DNA of 64,000 nt. It comes from Hyaloraphidium curvatum SAG 235-1 (Eukaryota; Fungi; Monoblepharomycota). Both the position numbers and the translations under genes were made by a program. The stretch lies in NCBI GenBank assembly GCA_025558095.1, contig JAIVFI010000019.1:620001-684000 (forward strand), in the 5' to 3' direction. Below are positions 22,012 through 34,427 of this stretch, one piece after another; within the stretch, counting starts at the first letter, position 1, and every line of letters starts with the position of its first letter. Below the pieces are notes generated by a model that saw nothing but the letters and a program-made list of their open reading frames with translations, searched no databases and was not told the origin of the DNA.

Positions 22012-22311
22012 CTTGGCTGCGAGCATGCTCGTAAAGCACCAGGGGCGGTATCGGAACGCTCGAGTTCGCGGTTCCAAAGGTCGCCGAGGGCCAGGCAGGG
22101 CAGCGAGCCGAGAGGAGGACGGCCGAAGCAACAAGGAGCTTCCAGGTGCAGCTCCCGTCCTTCAAATGAACCGGAACTACGTTTTCCAGCGCTGTTTCCG
22201 GGTTCCGAACTGGCCGTCGCGCCGTGCTGTGCCCGCGCATGACAGGTCCCGCCGAGCCGAGTCACCTCCTCCGTCTCCGATCGCGTCACCTCACCAAACA
22301 CGCAACCCGTG

Positions 22312-23583
22312 CTACATCCGCTGCCTCCCCATCTCGTACGCTACCCACCCCTCCCTCGACACAATCACCGCCACGAAGCTCCCCCCCGCCTCGCACCGCG
22401 CCCCTCCGCCTTTGCCCGCGAACGCCACGGGCGAGTCGCGGAAGCCGTGCACGGAGAGTGCGGCCCAGGGCACCTCGGGGTGGTCCTCCAGCACTTTCCT
22501 GCGCAGAGAGGGGGGCATCGGAAGCGGTTCCCCGTTGCAGGCCCGCGAAGGGACCCACCGGAGCGCCTCCAGCACCCGGACCGCCGCATCCGCCCCGAAC
22601 AACCCCCTCCAACCGCCCCTCCACGCCTCCCCCACCGTTCCCTCCTCCACCCGGTAAACGCTCACGTACGGATCCTCCCGCTCGTACGCGTCCAGCGCGC
22701 CCGGCGCCGAAAAGAGCATCCCCAGCCATTCCAGCGCGGGGTGGCCGTCCGGCGGGACGGGGGAGGGGAAGGGGGGGACGAGGATGCCGGGGATGTGCTG
22801 GGAAGAGGGGGTGAGGGGGTATTTGGCGGGTTGGAGCCCGGGGGGGAAGGTGATTTCGAGGGAGCGGGCTGGGAGGAGGCGGGGTCAGCGACGGGGTCGA
22901 CGAGGCGGAAGCGGGCGGAGGCGGACCTCCGTCGGTGAAGCCGACGAGCAGCTCCATCTCGCCCGCAAAGGTGTTGTCCAGGCACCACCGGAGCCGGTCC
23001 CACATCCTGCTCCCCGGCCTGTACTCCCCCCCGAAATCGCACGCGACGATCCAGCGGTGCCCGTCCTTCCCGTCCCTCTTCCCCGCGAGACCCATGGACT
23101 CGTACGTGTCCTTTGTCAGGCACATGGTGAGCACCCCGCCCGCGAGGCACAGCGCGTCGGCCGAGTCGAGGGGGGTCCGGTGGGAGACCAGGAGGAGGTT
23201 GCCTGCCGTGCCGCGGTGGCGCAGGCCGGAACCACGCCGCGTAGACGCGGCGAAGGAGGGGCGGGAACGCGTCCGTCAGCCCTTGTGAAACCCCCGCGGC
23301 GACGGACCCGCGCCCCACCCTCGCCGTCCCCGGCCGGCACGTGCCTCTCCACGAACCCCCTCTCCAACAGCCTCCCCAACGGACATTTCACGAGGTAGAA
23401 GAACAGCTCGGTGCCCCGCAGCTCCTTCTCCAGCCTCCTCGCGACCGCTTCCGACGCGCCGGGCACGGCGATCCGAAGCGCGTGGTTGAGCGGGTGCGCG
23501 GCCAGCAGGGACGCCGGGGAGCGGGGGAAGGAGGAGTGCGTGGAGACGATGGGGAAGGAGGGGGAGGGGAGCGCGGAGAACAT
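22312..23583 (-). CDS. RPP40: Ribonuclease P/MRP protein subunit p40
   Basis: HPLNH, GVLTMCLTKDTYESMGLAG, PWAALSVHGFRDSP motifs typical of RPP40. Confidence 0.8.
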
Positions 23584-23959
23584 CGTGGGTTGGAGTTGGA
23601 GGGGTACGTAAACAAAGCGACGCGTCGGGAGGTGAGGGCGAGGCTGAGTATACGGGTGCCGTTGCCGGGCACCCAACCCATCGAAACGGATCCGGATGGA
23701 ACGGGTGGACCGCAGCGCATTCGAAGAGGGGAGCCCCCTTGCCTGCGGGGCATCGGAAGCTGGAGCCACGGAGGCCGGGGCCGACCACCCGACGGCCCCG
23801 ACTGGGGCACTGCCGGCAAGCCGTCCAACATCGTCGACATTGCGCGAAGTGCCATCCATGCTCAGATATCCCATCCATGATCCACATCCTCCCCCATGCC
23901 AAGTGCCATGTGGCTTCCGACGCCGGAAGGCCCGGAAGGAGCCGCTTTCCAGCCCGAGA

Positions 23960-24489
23960 TCAGACGCTGTGCCTCTGCCCCGACTTCTCGTTCCGGTACT
24001 TCGGCACGGGAACCGCGGCCGGCTTTGGCGCGGGAGGGGAGCCGGGCTCGGCGGCGGGCGCCGCGCCGTCGGGCCCGCCGACCTCCCCATCGGCACCCTC
24101 CGCGGCATCCTCGGCCGGCCCGACCGGCTCCTCGCACTTGACGCACGTCGCCTGTCTTTCTCCGGGCCGGTCGGTCACCCCGTTTCCGCCGCGCATTCCG
24201 CCTTCGGAACCCACCCCGCCCAACCGCCTTCCACCGCCCACAGCGGCACCCCCATGCTCCTCTTCCTCCTGCACGCTAGCGCCCCGCACACGCCCTCCAT
24301 GCCTTCCTCCCCCGGCCCGCAGAGACAGGCCCCGTGGCGCGCGGCGTCGTGTGCGCGGCAGGCGGGGGAGCAGTACAGCGCGTCCTTTCGGGCGGGTCAG
24401 ACGGGCGGCAGCGAACGGGAACAGGAACCGGGTACCGGGTTCGAGAGGAGGCGCAGGCACACGGCGCACCACGCGGTGTGGAAGTCCAT
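23960..24489 (-). CDS. Ecl1-family-like (lifespan regulatory) zinc-binding protein; 3' end uncertain (24115 or 23960)
   Basis: MDFHTAWCAVCLRLL / intron / ALYCSPACRAHD matches the WCxxC...LYCSxxCR..D pattern. Confidence 0.6.
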
Positions 24490-25584
24490 CGCGCGCGCGG
24501 GGATGGTGGGTCGGCGGGAAGGGGGGCGGGCTGGTGCGCCGATGGGTCGACGCCGGGCCGGCCAGAGGCGTCGAAATCGTGGGGCGCCCTGGAAATGGGA
24601 AAGAGGCGGTATGGGACGGCGAGAGAGGGTTTCGGGGCGCGGTTCGGTGCCTTGGTTGGCGGCGGGCGGGATGGAGCGCGGGCTGCGCTGCCGGCAGTCC
24701 TTGGGTAAGAGATCGGCGGATTGTGCGGCCCGCTCCCCGGCGAATCCCAATGAAATGAAACAGCCTTACCGTCGGTTGGGCAGCGCGGTGGCCTGCTTAA
24801 TAGCCTGGTGAAGCCAGGGCGGCGTTGCGGGAGCAGCCCGGACCCGCTGCCGCGTCGCGGCGGCTGGTGCGGGCCAGCGAGAGGCCCGGAGGACCATCCC
24901 CGGGTTTTGAGGGCGCTCATGCCAAACTTTGGCTCCTATGCCTCTTTCGGTGCCGTCGTAGGGGTCCGATCGCGGTCCGGCGGGCATGGCGGGGCAGGGT
25001 TTGCCTCCCGCGGCGGGGCGGTCCGGGGTGCCGACAGCGCTGCCATCCGGGGCCGCATTGCATGCGGCGCGCCGAGCCGGGCGCGACCGCACGCACCTAG
25101 CTGCCTGCCGCGGGATGCATGCATCCGCCGCCCCGCACCGCCGCGGCCGCGGGTGCGTGTGGGTCATTAGGATGGCCCGAAGCTGTGGGCCACCCGATCG
25201 CCGCGACCGCGGCCCCGGACCGCACGCCTCCCACCGGACGCGCGCCTCCGTCCCGCGCCGCGCGCCGCCGCAGTCGGCGCCCCGCAGCGCACGGTTCCGG
25301 CGGTTCCGCTGAGGGCACGCGCGCCGGGCGGCTGCGGCACCCGGCGGACGCTCGCTTCGCCGGCCGGGCCGACGCGCACAGCGGACGCCGCCCGCCGAGC
25401 GCCGGCCTCCAATTCCCATCGGGCCGATCCGCACGCCGTTTTCGCGGCCCCGCGCGGCGTGTCCGCGGGCCGCGGCGCGCCCCGCCACCCTCATCCGCCT
25501 GTCTCCCACGCGGCGATCGCCCCGCCCGCCGCGCACCCGCCGCCCGATCCGCCCGCCGACCCCCGCCGCCCAACGCAGCACGCA

Positions 25585-26707
25585 ATGGCCGCCCCGCGCT
25601 CGCCCCCGCCCGACCCCCGCGGCCCGCCCGCCGCCCGCCCGCCCTTCCAGCCCGACCCGGCGCAGATCCACGGCGGCTACCCGTTCCCCCCGCGCCCGCT
25701 GTTCCTCGCGCCCCCGCCGCCCGGCGTCCTACCCCCCGGCCCCGTCTCCCCCCCCGGCCCCTTCTTCGTCCCCGCGCCGCTGATGTACCCCGGCGTGGGG
25801 CCGTACTTCCCCCCCGCCCCGCCTCCGTTCGGCTACCCGCCCGTGCAGGGCGGCCACAGGCACGTGCACCGGGGCGGCTCGTCCAGCCCGCTGAGGGGCG
25901 AGGAGGAGAACGGGGGGGCCAACGGCAACGGCAGCGACACGAGCGGGACGACGGCGGCGGACAGGAGGGCCAGCAGCGTGTCGCAGGCCAAGGTGCGCCG
26001 CGCTTGCCCGCCCTGCATGTTCGCATTTGCTGACGGCGCATGCACGCACGGCAGGGTGACGACCCGGCCTACGCCATGTCCGACCTCGCGGAAGCGCTGC
26101 CCCCCAGCACGCCCACCGGCTCGGCCTCGGACGACCCGGAGCCGTCTTACCCGCCCGCGTACGGCGGGCAGGGCCGCTCCCTGGTGTTCACCTCCCCGCC
26201 CGCCGGCCCGCGGGGCAAAAAGGTGCCGCATTGCCCCCCTCCCTTTTGTCGCTCGCACTCACCGGCCCCCGTGCGCAGGTCCAGCCGCCCCCGGGCAGCC
26301 AGTGCCGGTACTTCATCCAGGGCCGCTGCTGGGCCGGCGAGCAGTGCCGGTGGTCGCACGCCGTGCCGCCTTACTACTACCCCGTGCAGGTGGGGGCGGG
26401 GCCGCCGCAGTTCGTGCAGTGGTGGTATCCCCCCGGCGAGGGGGCCAATGGGGGGGAGGGGAGCCCGACGGGGATGGGGATGCAGGGTGGGGGCGGCGGA
26501 GGTGGGTTCCTCGGGGTCTTTTGCGGGAAGCCGGCTGACGTCCGTGCGATCCAAGGGAGGAACGGCGGCGAAGCCAGGAACGGCAACGGCGGCGGAAGCG
26601 AAGCCCGCGGCGAAGGACGGAACGGCGGCGGGCCGGGCGCGCAGTGCTTCTACTGGCGCCAGGGGCGGTGCCGCTTCGGCGCGCAGTGCAGGTTCGCGCA
26701 CTCGTAG
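25585..26707 (+). CDS. Pro-rich tandem CCCH zinc-finger protein (2 introns)
   Basis: CRYFIQGRCWAGEQCRWSH and CFYWRQGRCRFGAQCRFAH. Confidence 0.85.
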
Positions 26708-27333
26708 CCCGCGCGCGCGGACGGGCCGGGGACGGCGACCGCGGCGGATGGACGGCGACGGCGGATGGATCGGCGGACGATAAATTGCGCGCGCGGCGTG
26801 GCCGGCGCACACGACGTTTTGTGCGCGTCCGCGGGGGGCGCGCCGGCGGAGGCGGTTTGCCACGTCCGCCGGCACGGCCCCCGTGGCCGGAATCCCGGTC
26901 GAACCATCCTCGGCGCGGAATCGAGGGAGAGGAAAGAGGAAGGGAATAGGAGCCGGCGTGGCGCCATGCTCGGCTTGGCCGGAGGATCCGGGCCGGTGCC
27001 GTTGCGCGGGATGCCGTCGCCTCCTCGCCGGAGCGCGATCGGCATGCCAGAGCCGCCGCCCGAATGCAATCCACCCCCGGACGGCGTTGCTCATCCCTTC
27101 CGGAGGCCGAGCACGGATGACCGAGGTCCGATCATCGGTCCGACATCCGGGCAAGTGGGCTGCGTCAGCGGCGCGCGCCAGCACCCGTCGTCGACGCGCC
27201 CACGACTCACAAAGCCCACACGGCGGCGCCGCAGCAAGCCCTGCGCGCCGGCCGTCCGCTCCGCGCGCAAACGACGCGCGCGACAGGGCCCGCCACGATC
27301 CGCACCGCGCGGGGCGCGATGCCCTCCGCGGCG

Positions 27334-29546
27334 ATGGGCACCCGCGCGTCCCTGCTCGCGCTCGCCGCCGCGCTGCTCGCCCTCGTCGCGATGCTCGCCG
27401 CCGCGCCCGCCGACGCCCGCGCGGTGGTCGGCGCCCATTTGGGGTCGGGGCTCGCGCCGCGGGTGCGCGTGCCCGATGCCGAGCGCGGGCGCGCGGCGCT
27501 GGCCAGGCGGCAGTACGGGGAAGATGACGGCGACGACGACGAGGACGACGCCGAGGGTGATGACGACGACGGCGACGACGACGATGTGGGTTTTCTCTGG
27601 TCCGCATGGCTTGGATGGCGCTGAGCGGGTCGCCGCCTCGCAGTCCGGGCCGTTCCGCTTCCTCCGCCGCCTCTTCCGCCGCGCCAAAACCAAGGCCTCC
27701 TCCAAGCCCAAGCAGTCCAAGGTACTCCTCCCGCCCCCGCCGCTCCCGCGTGCCGCCTGACCCCCCGTCCATCCAGCCCCCCAAGCAGTCCAAGCCCCCC
27801 AAGCAGCCCAAGGCCAAGCCGCCCAAAAAGTCCAAGGCCGCCAAAGTCGCCAAGACCAAGAAGGCCAAGGCCGCCAAGACCTCCAAGGTCAAGGCGCAGA
27901 AGACGCAGAAGGCCACGGGCGCCGGCGCCGGGTCCGGTTCGGGGTCCGCGGCGGGGTCGGGTTCGTGCACGGCCAAGGGCAAGAACAAGAAGTGCACCGC
28001 GGACGCCGGCTGCGCCCCCGCAAAGAAGGGCGGCAAGCTCCCCAACCCCCTCCCCGCAGCCTGCACCCCCGAGGCGCTGGCGCAGTACTGCGGCGCGTCG
28101 GCCAAGAACAAGAAGGACCCCGCGTGCGTCGCGGCCGCCGGAGGGTGCACCCCCGTCAAGAAGGGCATCGGATCGGCCAAGCTCCCCTCCCCGCTTCCCG
28201 CATCCTGCACGCCCGAGCTGCTCCAGCAGTACTGCAGCGCGAGCGCCAAGAACAAGAAGGACCCCGCGTGCCTTGCGGCGGCGGGCGGCTGCACACCGGT
28301 GAAGAAGGGCGTCGGGTCGGCCAAGCTCCCCTCCCCGCTCCCCGCATCCTGCACGCCCGAGCTGCTGGAGCAGTACTGCAACGCGAGCCCCAAGAACAAG
28401 AAGGACCCCGCGTGCAAGGCCGCCGCCACGGGCTGCGTGCCCGTCAAGAAGGGCCTCGTCGGATCGGCCAAGCTGCCCAACCCGCTGCCCGAGAGCTGCA
28501 CGCCCGAGCTGCTCGAGCAGTACTGCGCGGTCGCCAAGAACCAGAAGGATCCGGCGTGCGCGGCGACGGGCAACCCGGACAACTGCGTGCCCAGCGAGGA
28601 GGACGTGGTGCGTACCCCCCCCGTGCGCACCGCACCGCAGCGCGCGGAGCTCACCGGGAATCCGCGGCGCGCAGGACGGGAACATGGTCCTTCCCAAGCC
28701 CCCCGGATGCTCCAAGAACGACCTGGCGGCGTACTGCCTCTCCCTCGGCGCGGACAAGAACGTAGGCCTGCCCCGTGTCCCCCCCCCCCCCCTCCGCGCG
28801 CACTCTGATTCCCGTTCCCGCGCGGCAGTCGGAACCCCAGTGCAAGTCCGGCCTCGCCAAGCTCGGCTCGGCCATCGGCGGCGCGGCCAACAAGATCACG
28901 GGCGCCTTCAACAAGTTCAAGCCGCAGATCGCCGAGCTGGGCGCCACCATCGGTATCGACAACTACACGCCCACGCAGTTTGCGCTGGATTTCGGACCCA
29001 TCCCCATGGCATCGGGCGGGGACCCAAAGAAGATGACGAGCATGGTGAAGAAGAAGCTGCAGGCGATCGCGGTGGATGCCTCGGGGGTCAAGCAGGCCAG
29101 TACGTGTCCCCGGCTTTGCCGTTGCGGAGGAGGGAGGGATGTTGATGCGTTTTGCCGCAGTGGCGATGGTGCAGACGATCCTCGGGCAGGCGCCGACGGA
29201 GGACGAGGTGTCCGAGGAAGGCGGGGGGATGGAGGAGGGCGGCGGGATGGAGGACGGTGGCGGGATGGGCGGCGAGGAAGGCGGGATGGGCGGGGACGAG
29301 GGCGAGGGGTCGACGGGGGCCGACGACGGGGGCGAAGGGAGCATGTCGGAGGAGGAGCCGCCCGCGGAGGAGGAGCCGCCGGTGGAAGACGAGCCGCCGG
29401 CGGAGGAGCCGCCGATGGACGAGCCGCCGGCGGAGGAGCCGCCGATGGACGAGCCGATGGAGGACGAGCCGATGGAGGACGGGATGGGCGGGGGGGACGA
29501 GGAGGGGGCGAACGATGCGGGGGAGGGGGACGACGAGTACAAGTAG
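27334..29546 (+). CDS. Secreted multi-block protein with 48-aa Cys-rich tandem repeats
   Basis: Signal peptide, RR site, Asp tract, Lys tract, 4x KLPSPLPASCTPELLQQYC..KNKKDPAC..GC, helical region, acidic EEPP tail. Confidence 0.8.
28032..28580 (+). repeat. 144-bp coding tandem repeat x4
   Basis: AAGAAC(A/C)AGAAGGA anchor at 28104, 28248, 28392, 28536. Confidence 0.9.
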
Positions 29547-29890
29547 GAAGGACAAGTGGCGATTTTTGGATCGGGGAAGCAAGTGCATCGACAACTGTAT
29601 TCTATCGGATGGTATGGGAATCAGCGAAGGCCGGAAGTGGCCGTCGTTTTAAGGGGAGCCGGTGGTCGGCGGGCGCATCCCCTGCCGGCGGGACGGATCC
29701 ACTCTTTGCTGAGGGTTACGAGGTGCCGTCGGATGATCGGAGGAAGCCGCACGGCCGGTTTTGGCGGGGCCCCTGGATTGCTGGGGACGGCGGCGCCCAG
29801 ACGACCGCAGCACCCCAGCCCCCGCCGCAGCAGCCGCCTGTCACACTCCAGCAAAACGGAGTTCCCCTCGGAACGCAACACAAACCCACG

Positions 29891-30875
29891 ATGGACGCTT
29901 CGCGATCCCGTGCCACCCTCCCGGCGGGATCCCAGCGCCGGCGGCGCCGCCCCGCCCTCGCGGCGGGCCTCTGCCTCTGCGCCCTGGGGACGCTGCTCGC
30001 CCCCGCTTCCGGGAACCCCACCAACGCCGGCACCCTCTGCTCCGCCGCGCAGCTGCCCGCCGTCGCCGCCGCGCACGGGGGCGTGTCGGCCGGCAGCGGG
30101 GGTTTCTCACTCACCGTCGTCGAGATGCTCCCCGATTGGCCGGGGTATTGGAACATCTCGCTCTCGGGCACCTCCCCCTTCAAGGGCGTGCTGGTCTACG
30201 CATCGGACGGCAGCGGCTACGCGGGCGCCTTCACGGAGCTGCCGGACTCGCTGTCGGTGAAGGACGACTGCGGGGCGACGTCCGACTCGGTCGTGCAGCA
30301 CAACTCGCCGGACGACAAGACCGGGTTCTCGCTCAGCTGGGACGGGGGGGATGCGCCGCCGGCGGACGGAACGAAGGTGCAGATCTATGCCATAGGTGGG
30401 TCGGCTGCAGTGGCTTCAGGAGGGAGGGCGGGGACTGACGTTCCCGTTCATCCACGCAGTCCTCCAGTCCAACAGGGTCTGGTACAACCTCCCCGCCGTC
30501 GAGTTCACGTACGCCCCCGGGGCATCCCCCACCCTCACCCCGGGCGCCGAAACCGCCACCACCGCGGCCCCCGAGCCCACCGCGACGGTAAACCCCGACG
30601 AGGCGGCGAGCACCACCACCCGCGCCGCCGCCACGACCCGGCCCACCACCCGCGCGGGGAGCTCGACGTCCCGCCGCACATCGTCGTCGACCCGCCGCAC
30701 GACGGGCACGCAGCCCGCGGTCAAGCCCACGGCGGCGGTGCCGGACGCGCTCAAGAACCTGGCGGGGATCGCGGTCAAGCTGAGCCCGCTGCAGATGGAG
30801 CGGCGGAGGAGGAGGGAGGAGAGGAGGAAGGAGAGGGAGGGGAGGGAGTCGAAGTGGAAGTGGCTCCGGTCATGA
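29891..30875 (+). CDS. Secreted Reeler-domain protein with Thr-rich tail
   Basis: Hydrophobic leader, NPTNAGTLC...H, PFKGVLVYA..GAF, C..SVVQHNSPDDK...W, /VLQSNRVW. Confidence 0.75.
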
Positions 30876-31539
30876 ACCCGCGGGATAAGGCGTCGCCGTG
30901 GTGGAAGATGTCGGAGCTCTCTCTGTCTATGGACTTGCTTTCCTTTGTCGCATTAGATTATGCTAGAATCATAGCTTGATTCCGGCGGTGGTCGCCCCGC
31001 CGAACTGGCTTGGCCGGGCCGCCGGGCCCAGGGCTGCCTCCATTCGCAGGATCTGACCCAATATACTTGTGAAATGACATTGTTTCCCATAGGCAACTTC
31101 TATCGTTCGGTCAATCCAACGACGGCTTGATATCCCGGGCGGGTTGGCAGCTTGTTTTTCACTTCGTTCACGGCTCTTTTCCACCCGTTCGGACAGATGC
31201 CGATCAAAGTGGCGCCCAAGTTCGTTTTTCCGGACGTCGGTCTTCTTTCCATCGTGAGCCACGGCCGACATGGCCGATGCTCCTCAAATGAAAGCGGCCG
31301 CTCGGCGGCCGACGCTCGTTCCTACAGTGCTACCGCAAGCGAGATGCGCGCCGACACCGAATCCAGCTCTATTGTGCCTTCCGCGATCACACATGCATCG
31401 GACAGCCTCGCCAAGAACGGAGATGTGTCGGGGATTACGTCACGAGTGTCCACGCGGGGGGCGGTTGCATCACTTCGATCGACCTCGCTCCGGGACCGTG
31501 CGGCCACCGGTCCGGAACTGAACCCGCCGCCGACCGCCG

Positions 31540-33576
31540 ATGGGACCGCCCGAGGGCGCGTCGACGGCCGCGTCGCCCAGCGTCCCGCCGCCGGCGCCGC
31601 GGGCGGCGTGCGCGTCGTGCTGGGCTCAAAAGGAAAGTGAACGATTTCCAGGCTACCTGGTGCCGAATGTGACCGCGGCCGTGCTCCAACAGAAAAGGTG
31701 CGAGTACGACGGCGGCTCGGAGGCGTGCAGCCGCTGCCGCCGCATGGGCCGCGTGTGCGCCCCGGTGCTGCCGGGCGGCCGCCGCCGGCGCGTCCGCGAG
31801 TGGCTCGGCGGCGCGCTCCACACGTCGGGCAACGGCAGGCGGGGCTCCGACGACAGGCGCGTCTCGCCGGAGGCCGCGGTGCCGTCCGCATTGCCGTGGC
31901 GCCCGTCCTGCCCCGGGAACCCGCCGCCCGAAGTGCTGTTCGCCTGCGTGTCGGCCTATTGGGACTCGCCGCACGTGCACTCGCCGCTGATCCACAGGCA
32001 CACCTTGGAGCGGGCTTTTCTCGACGTCGGCTCGCCCATGTACGGCGAAGGAAGACGGCCGACTGCGCTGCTTTCGGCGATGGCCTCCAACGGCGCCAGC
32101 ACCGTCGATCTGCCCGGGTGGTCCATCGCCGAGCGCGAAGCGCTGGCCGCCATGTACGCCGACAATGCCGACCGGCTGCTGCGCAAGGGCGACGCTAGTG
32201 ACCTCGAGGCCGTACAGGCGCTGGCCCTCCTGCGCCGCAGGAATCTGACAGCGCACCATACTGGCGGCAACCGCTCGGCGGCCGACCGCGCATGGGACCT
32301 GCTGCGGCCGCTTCTCGCTGAGGGTCGGCTCCCCGGCGGCTTCCTGTCGCGTGACTGGGAGCCCGCCGACAGCGCAGAATGGGTGCGCGGCGACATGCTC
32401 ATGCGCGTGACGCTCTTCATGGGCATGATCGACCTTCTGGAAGTCATGTACGGGAACAAGGCGCCGGACCTGGACCTCTACCTCCACGGGGAGCTTCCCC
32501 TCCCGTGCAGCGACGTGGTCTTCGAGATGCCCGCCGAGGATGCCTTTGCGCTCCTCTCGCACCCGGGCACACCACTCCCGCGCGCCTTTGTCGATCCCGC
32601 CCCGCTGCTAGTCACCGTTCCCGACATGGAGGCGGCCCAGGGCGTCGTCGTCAGCCTCATCAGGGCCCTCTTCGAGCTGCGCGCCGGTCGCCAGGCCTTT
32701 GTCCTGCTGTGGCAGCTCCTGGGCCACCTCGTCTGCCGCCTCCGCGACCATCCCGGCCTGTGCAACGTGGATCGCGTGGCTCTTGCCTCCTCCGATCCGG
32801 CGGACGACACGCAGGACATGGCCGCAGTGCGCGCGGGCAACGCCGCGCTTGAACGCCTCGTCGCTGGTGTGTTCGAAGCCATGCCCCCCGAGTTCGGCCT
32901 GCCCCTCGCAGTCGGCGACCCTTCACCGTTCCTGACCTCCGCCGACGCCCTCCTGGGTGGCCTGCCCCACGCCCTCGCCCTCCTGAGCGGCATCGTCGCC
33001 CTCCACGCGCATGTGATCGCTGCCTGGGTGCGCGGCGACCCCGGCGGCGCCGACGCCGCCTTCTTCGCCTCGGCCCCGATGACCAGCGTGCTGGCCAGCG
33101 GCCTCGCCGCGTCGCGGCTCATGGAAGCCCACCTCGCGCTCGACCCGACCCTGAAGTGGGCGCACAGGTACGCCTACGTCGCCGTGCTCAAGGTCGGCGC
33201 GCTCAGCGCCGCGGTGGCCTCGGCCGCCGGGCCCGAAACCGAGGCCGGCGCCGCGGCCGCGCACGACGCGAGGGTCGCGGGGCGGTACATGGAGACATAC
33301 GCGAAGGTGCATCCCGCGGCAGGTGCGGTCGCCTTCCCCAGCGTTCCGCGCCCGGACCGATCTGATCGCATCAATCCCGCCCTGGTCTGCACAGCGTCCT
33401 TCCACGACCAGGCGTTCCGCGCCCTGCTCGCCGCGTCCGGCATCGCGTCCGGAAGCCCGCCTCGTCCCGCGGAAAGCAATGCCGGGGCGGAGTTCGTGGA
33501 GGCGGTGGCGCTGCCGGACCTGCTGGCTATGGAGCTGTTTGGACTGCAACTGGGCGATGGGGCTGTGGGAACGTGA
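31540..33576 (+). CDS. Zn(II)2Cys6 fungal transcription factor
   Basis: ACASCWAQK / intron / KRCEYDGGSEACSRCRRMGRVC; PLIHRHT and LPLPCSD middle-domain motifs. Confidence 0.85.
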   Translation: MGPPEGASTAASPSVPPPAPRAACASCWAQKESERFPGYLVPNVTAAVLQQKRCEYDGGSEACSRCRRMGRVCAPVLPGGRRRRVREWLGGALHTSGNGRRGSDDRRVSPEAAVPSALPWRPSCPGNPPPEVLFACVSAYWDSPHVHSPLIHRHTLERAFLDVGSPMYGEGRRPTALLSAMASNGASTVDLPGWSIAEREALAAMYADNADRLLRKGDASDLEAVQALALLRRRNLTAHHTGGNRSAADRAWDLLRPLLAEGRLPGGFLSRDWEPADSAEWVRGDMLMRVTLFMGMIDLLEVMYGNKAPDLDLYLHGELPLPCSDVVFEMPAEDAFALLSHPGTPLPRAFVDPAPLLVTVPDMEAAQGVVVSLIRALFELRAGRQAFVLLWQLLGHLVCRLRDHPGLCNVDRVALASSDPADDTQDMAAVRAGNAALERLVAGVFEAMPPEFGLPLAVGDPSPFLTSADALLGGLPHALALLSGIVALHAHVIAAWVRGDPGGADAAFFASAPMTSVLASGLAASRLMEAHLALDPTLKWAHRYAYVAVLKVGALSAAVASAAGPETEAGAAAAHDARVAGRYMETYAKVHPAAGAVAFPSVPRPDRSDRINPALVCTASFHDQAFRALLAASGIASGSPPRPAESNAGAEFVEAVALPDLLAMELFGLQLGDGAVGT

Positions 33577-33813
33577 TGGAAAGGTGGTTCCTGTGTATGA
33601 TTCTCATGCGCATTGGCAAGTATTCGGTTTGGAGCTCTATCCGTTTGGTTTGTTCAGTGTGTCTGTGGTTTCGAAAAACACAAACCATGCTTACCGAAGT
33701 GGCCAAAACGGGGTAATCGACGCGCTGCTCAGGGTGCCTGAGCGGCCGGCGCAGGTCGCCGAAGCGGACGAGGATCGCGGATTCGCAGACGATCGCTCAT
33801 CCGACTATCTCGA

Positions 33814-33965
33814 ATGAAATCTGACGCCGTCCCCTTCTGCCGTGCGGGCACCTGGTATTGTGCATGGCCTGCGCGATGGAGCTTCTGCGGAAGCGAGACG
33901 AGTGGAGATGGTGCCCCGTGTGCAGGAAGGCGATCGAGTCGGTCAGTCGCGTCTTTCTCCGACAA
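33814..33965 (+). pseudogene. RING-HC (C3HC4) finger fragment
   Basis: LLPCGHLVLCMACAMELL...CPVCRKAIESVSRVFL; upstream DAV is out of frame and the first CxxC is not found. Confidence 0.55.
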
Positions 33966-34427
33966 GGTTTTGGCGAGGGACGGTTCTCGCGGGATTTGGC
34001 GGAGCATAGCCCTGGGTCGAAACTTCCACGCAGCACCGTCCCCGAGGCGAAGGCGACGAGGCGGTGCTTCGCTGGCGGGTATAATAGACGGTTATGGAGG
34101 AGATAGAGGCCCAGCCGCGGGCAACAACCCATAGAACTGAGTAACTGTCACTGCAACCTCTGGACGATCGTACTCCCAACCAGACGCTACGTCGTCACCC
34201 ACAACATCCACGCACAGTCCCAATAGCTCCTGGCGACGCAAGTGAGAATCTTGACGAAACGTTCCATCTGATCCGTTGCTGATTCAGCATCCCTACCCAA
34301 AGCTGCTTCTCGCGAACGGTTCCTTCGGAGCGGACAAACAAATCAACCTCGGCGCCTGCCCTGCTGTCTCCCAACCCCATTCCGCGTGGCGGCCCACGGC
34401 CCCATCTCCCCCCGCTCGCAGCGCAAA

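Noticed and set aside
24500-25580. Long Arg/Pro/Ala-rich ORFs on both strands
   Set aside because: Extreme-GC divergent promoter/UTR region that produces spurious ORFs
28032-28580. Regularly spaced repeats as a CRISPR-like array
   Set aside because: In-frame 144-bp coding repeats with no unique spacers and no cas genes
26147-29542. 1131-aa minus-strand ORF
   Set aside because: Antisense shadow of the GC-rich plus-strand genes (CCCH protein and secreted repeat protein)
28775-30979. 734-aa plus-strand ORF as one gene
   Set aside because: Read-through across exons of two separate genes in stop-poor GC-rich DNA
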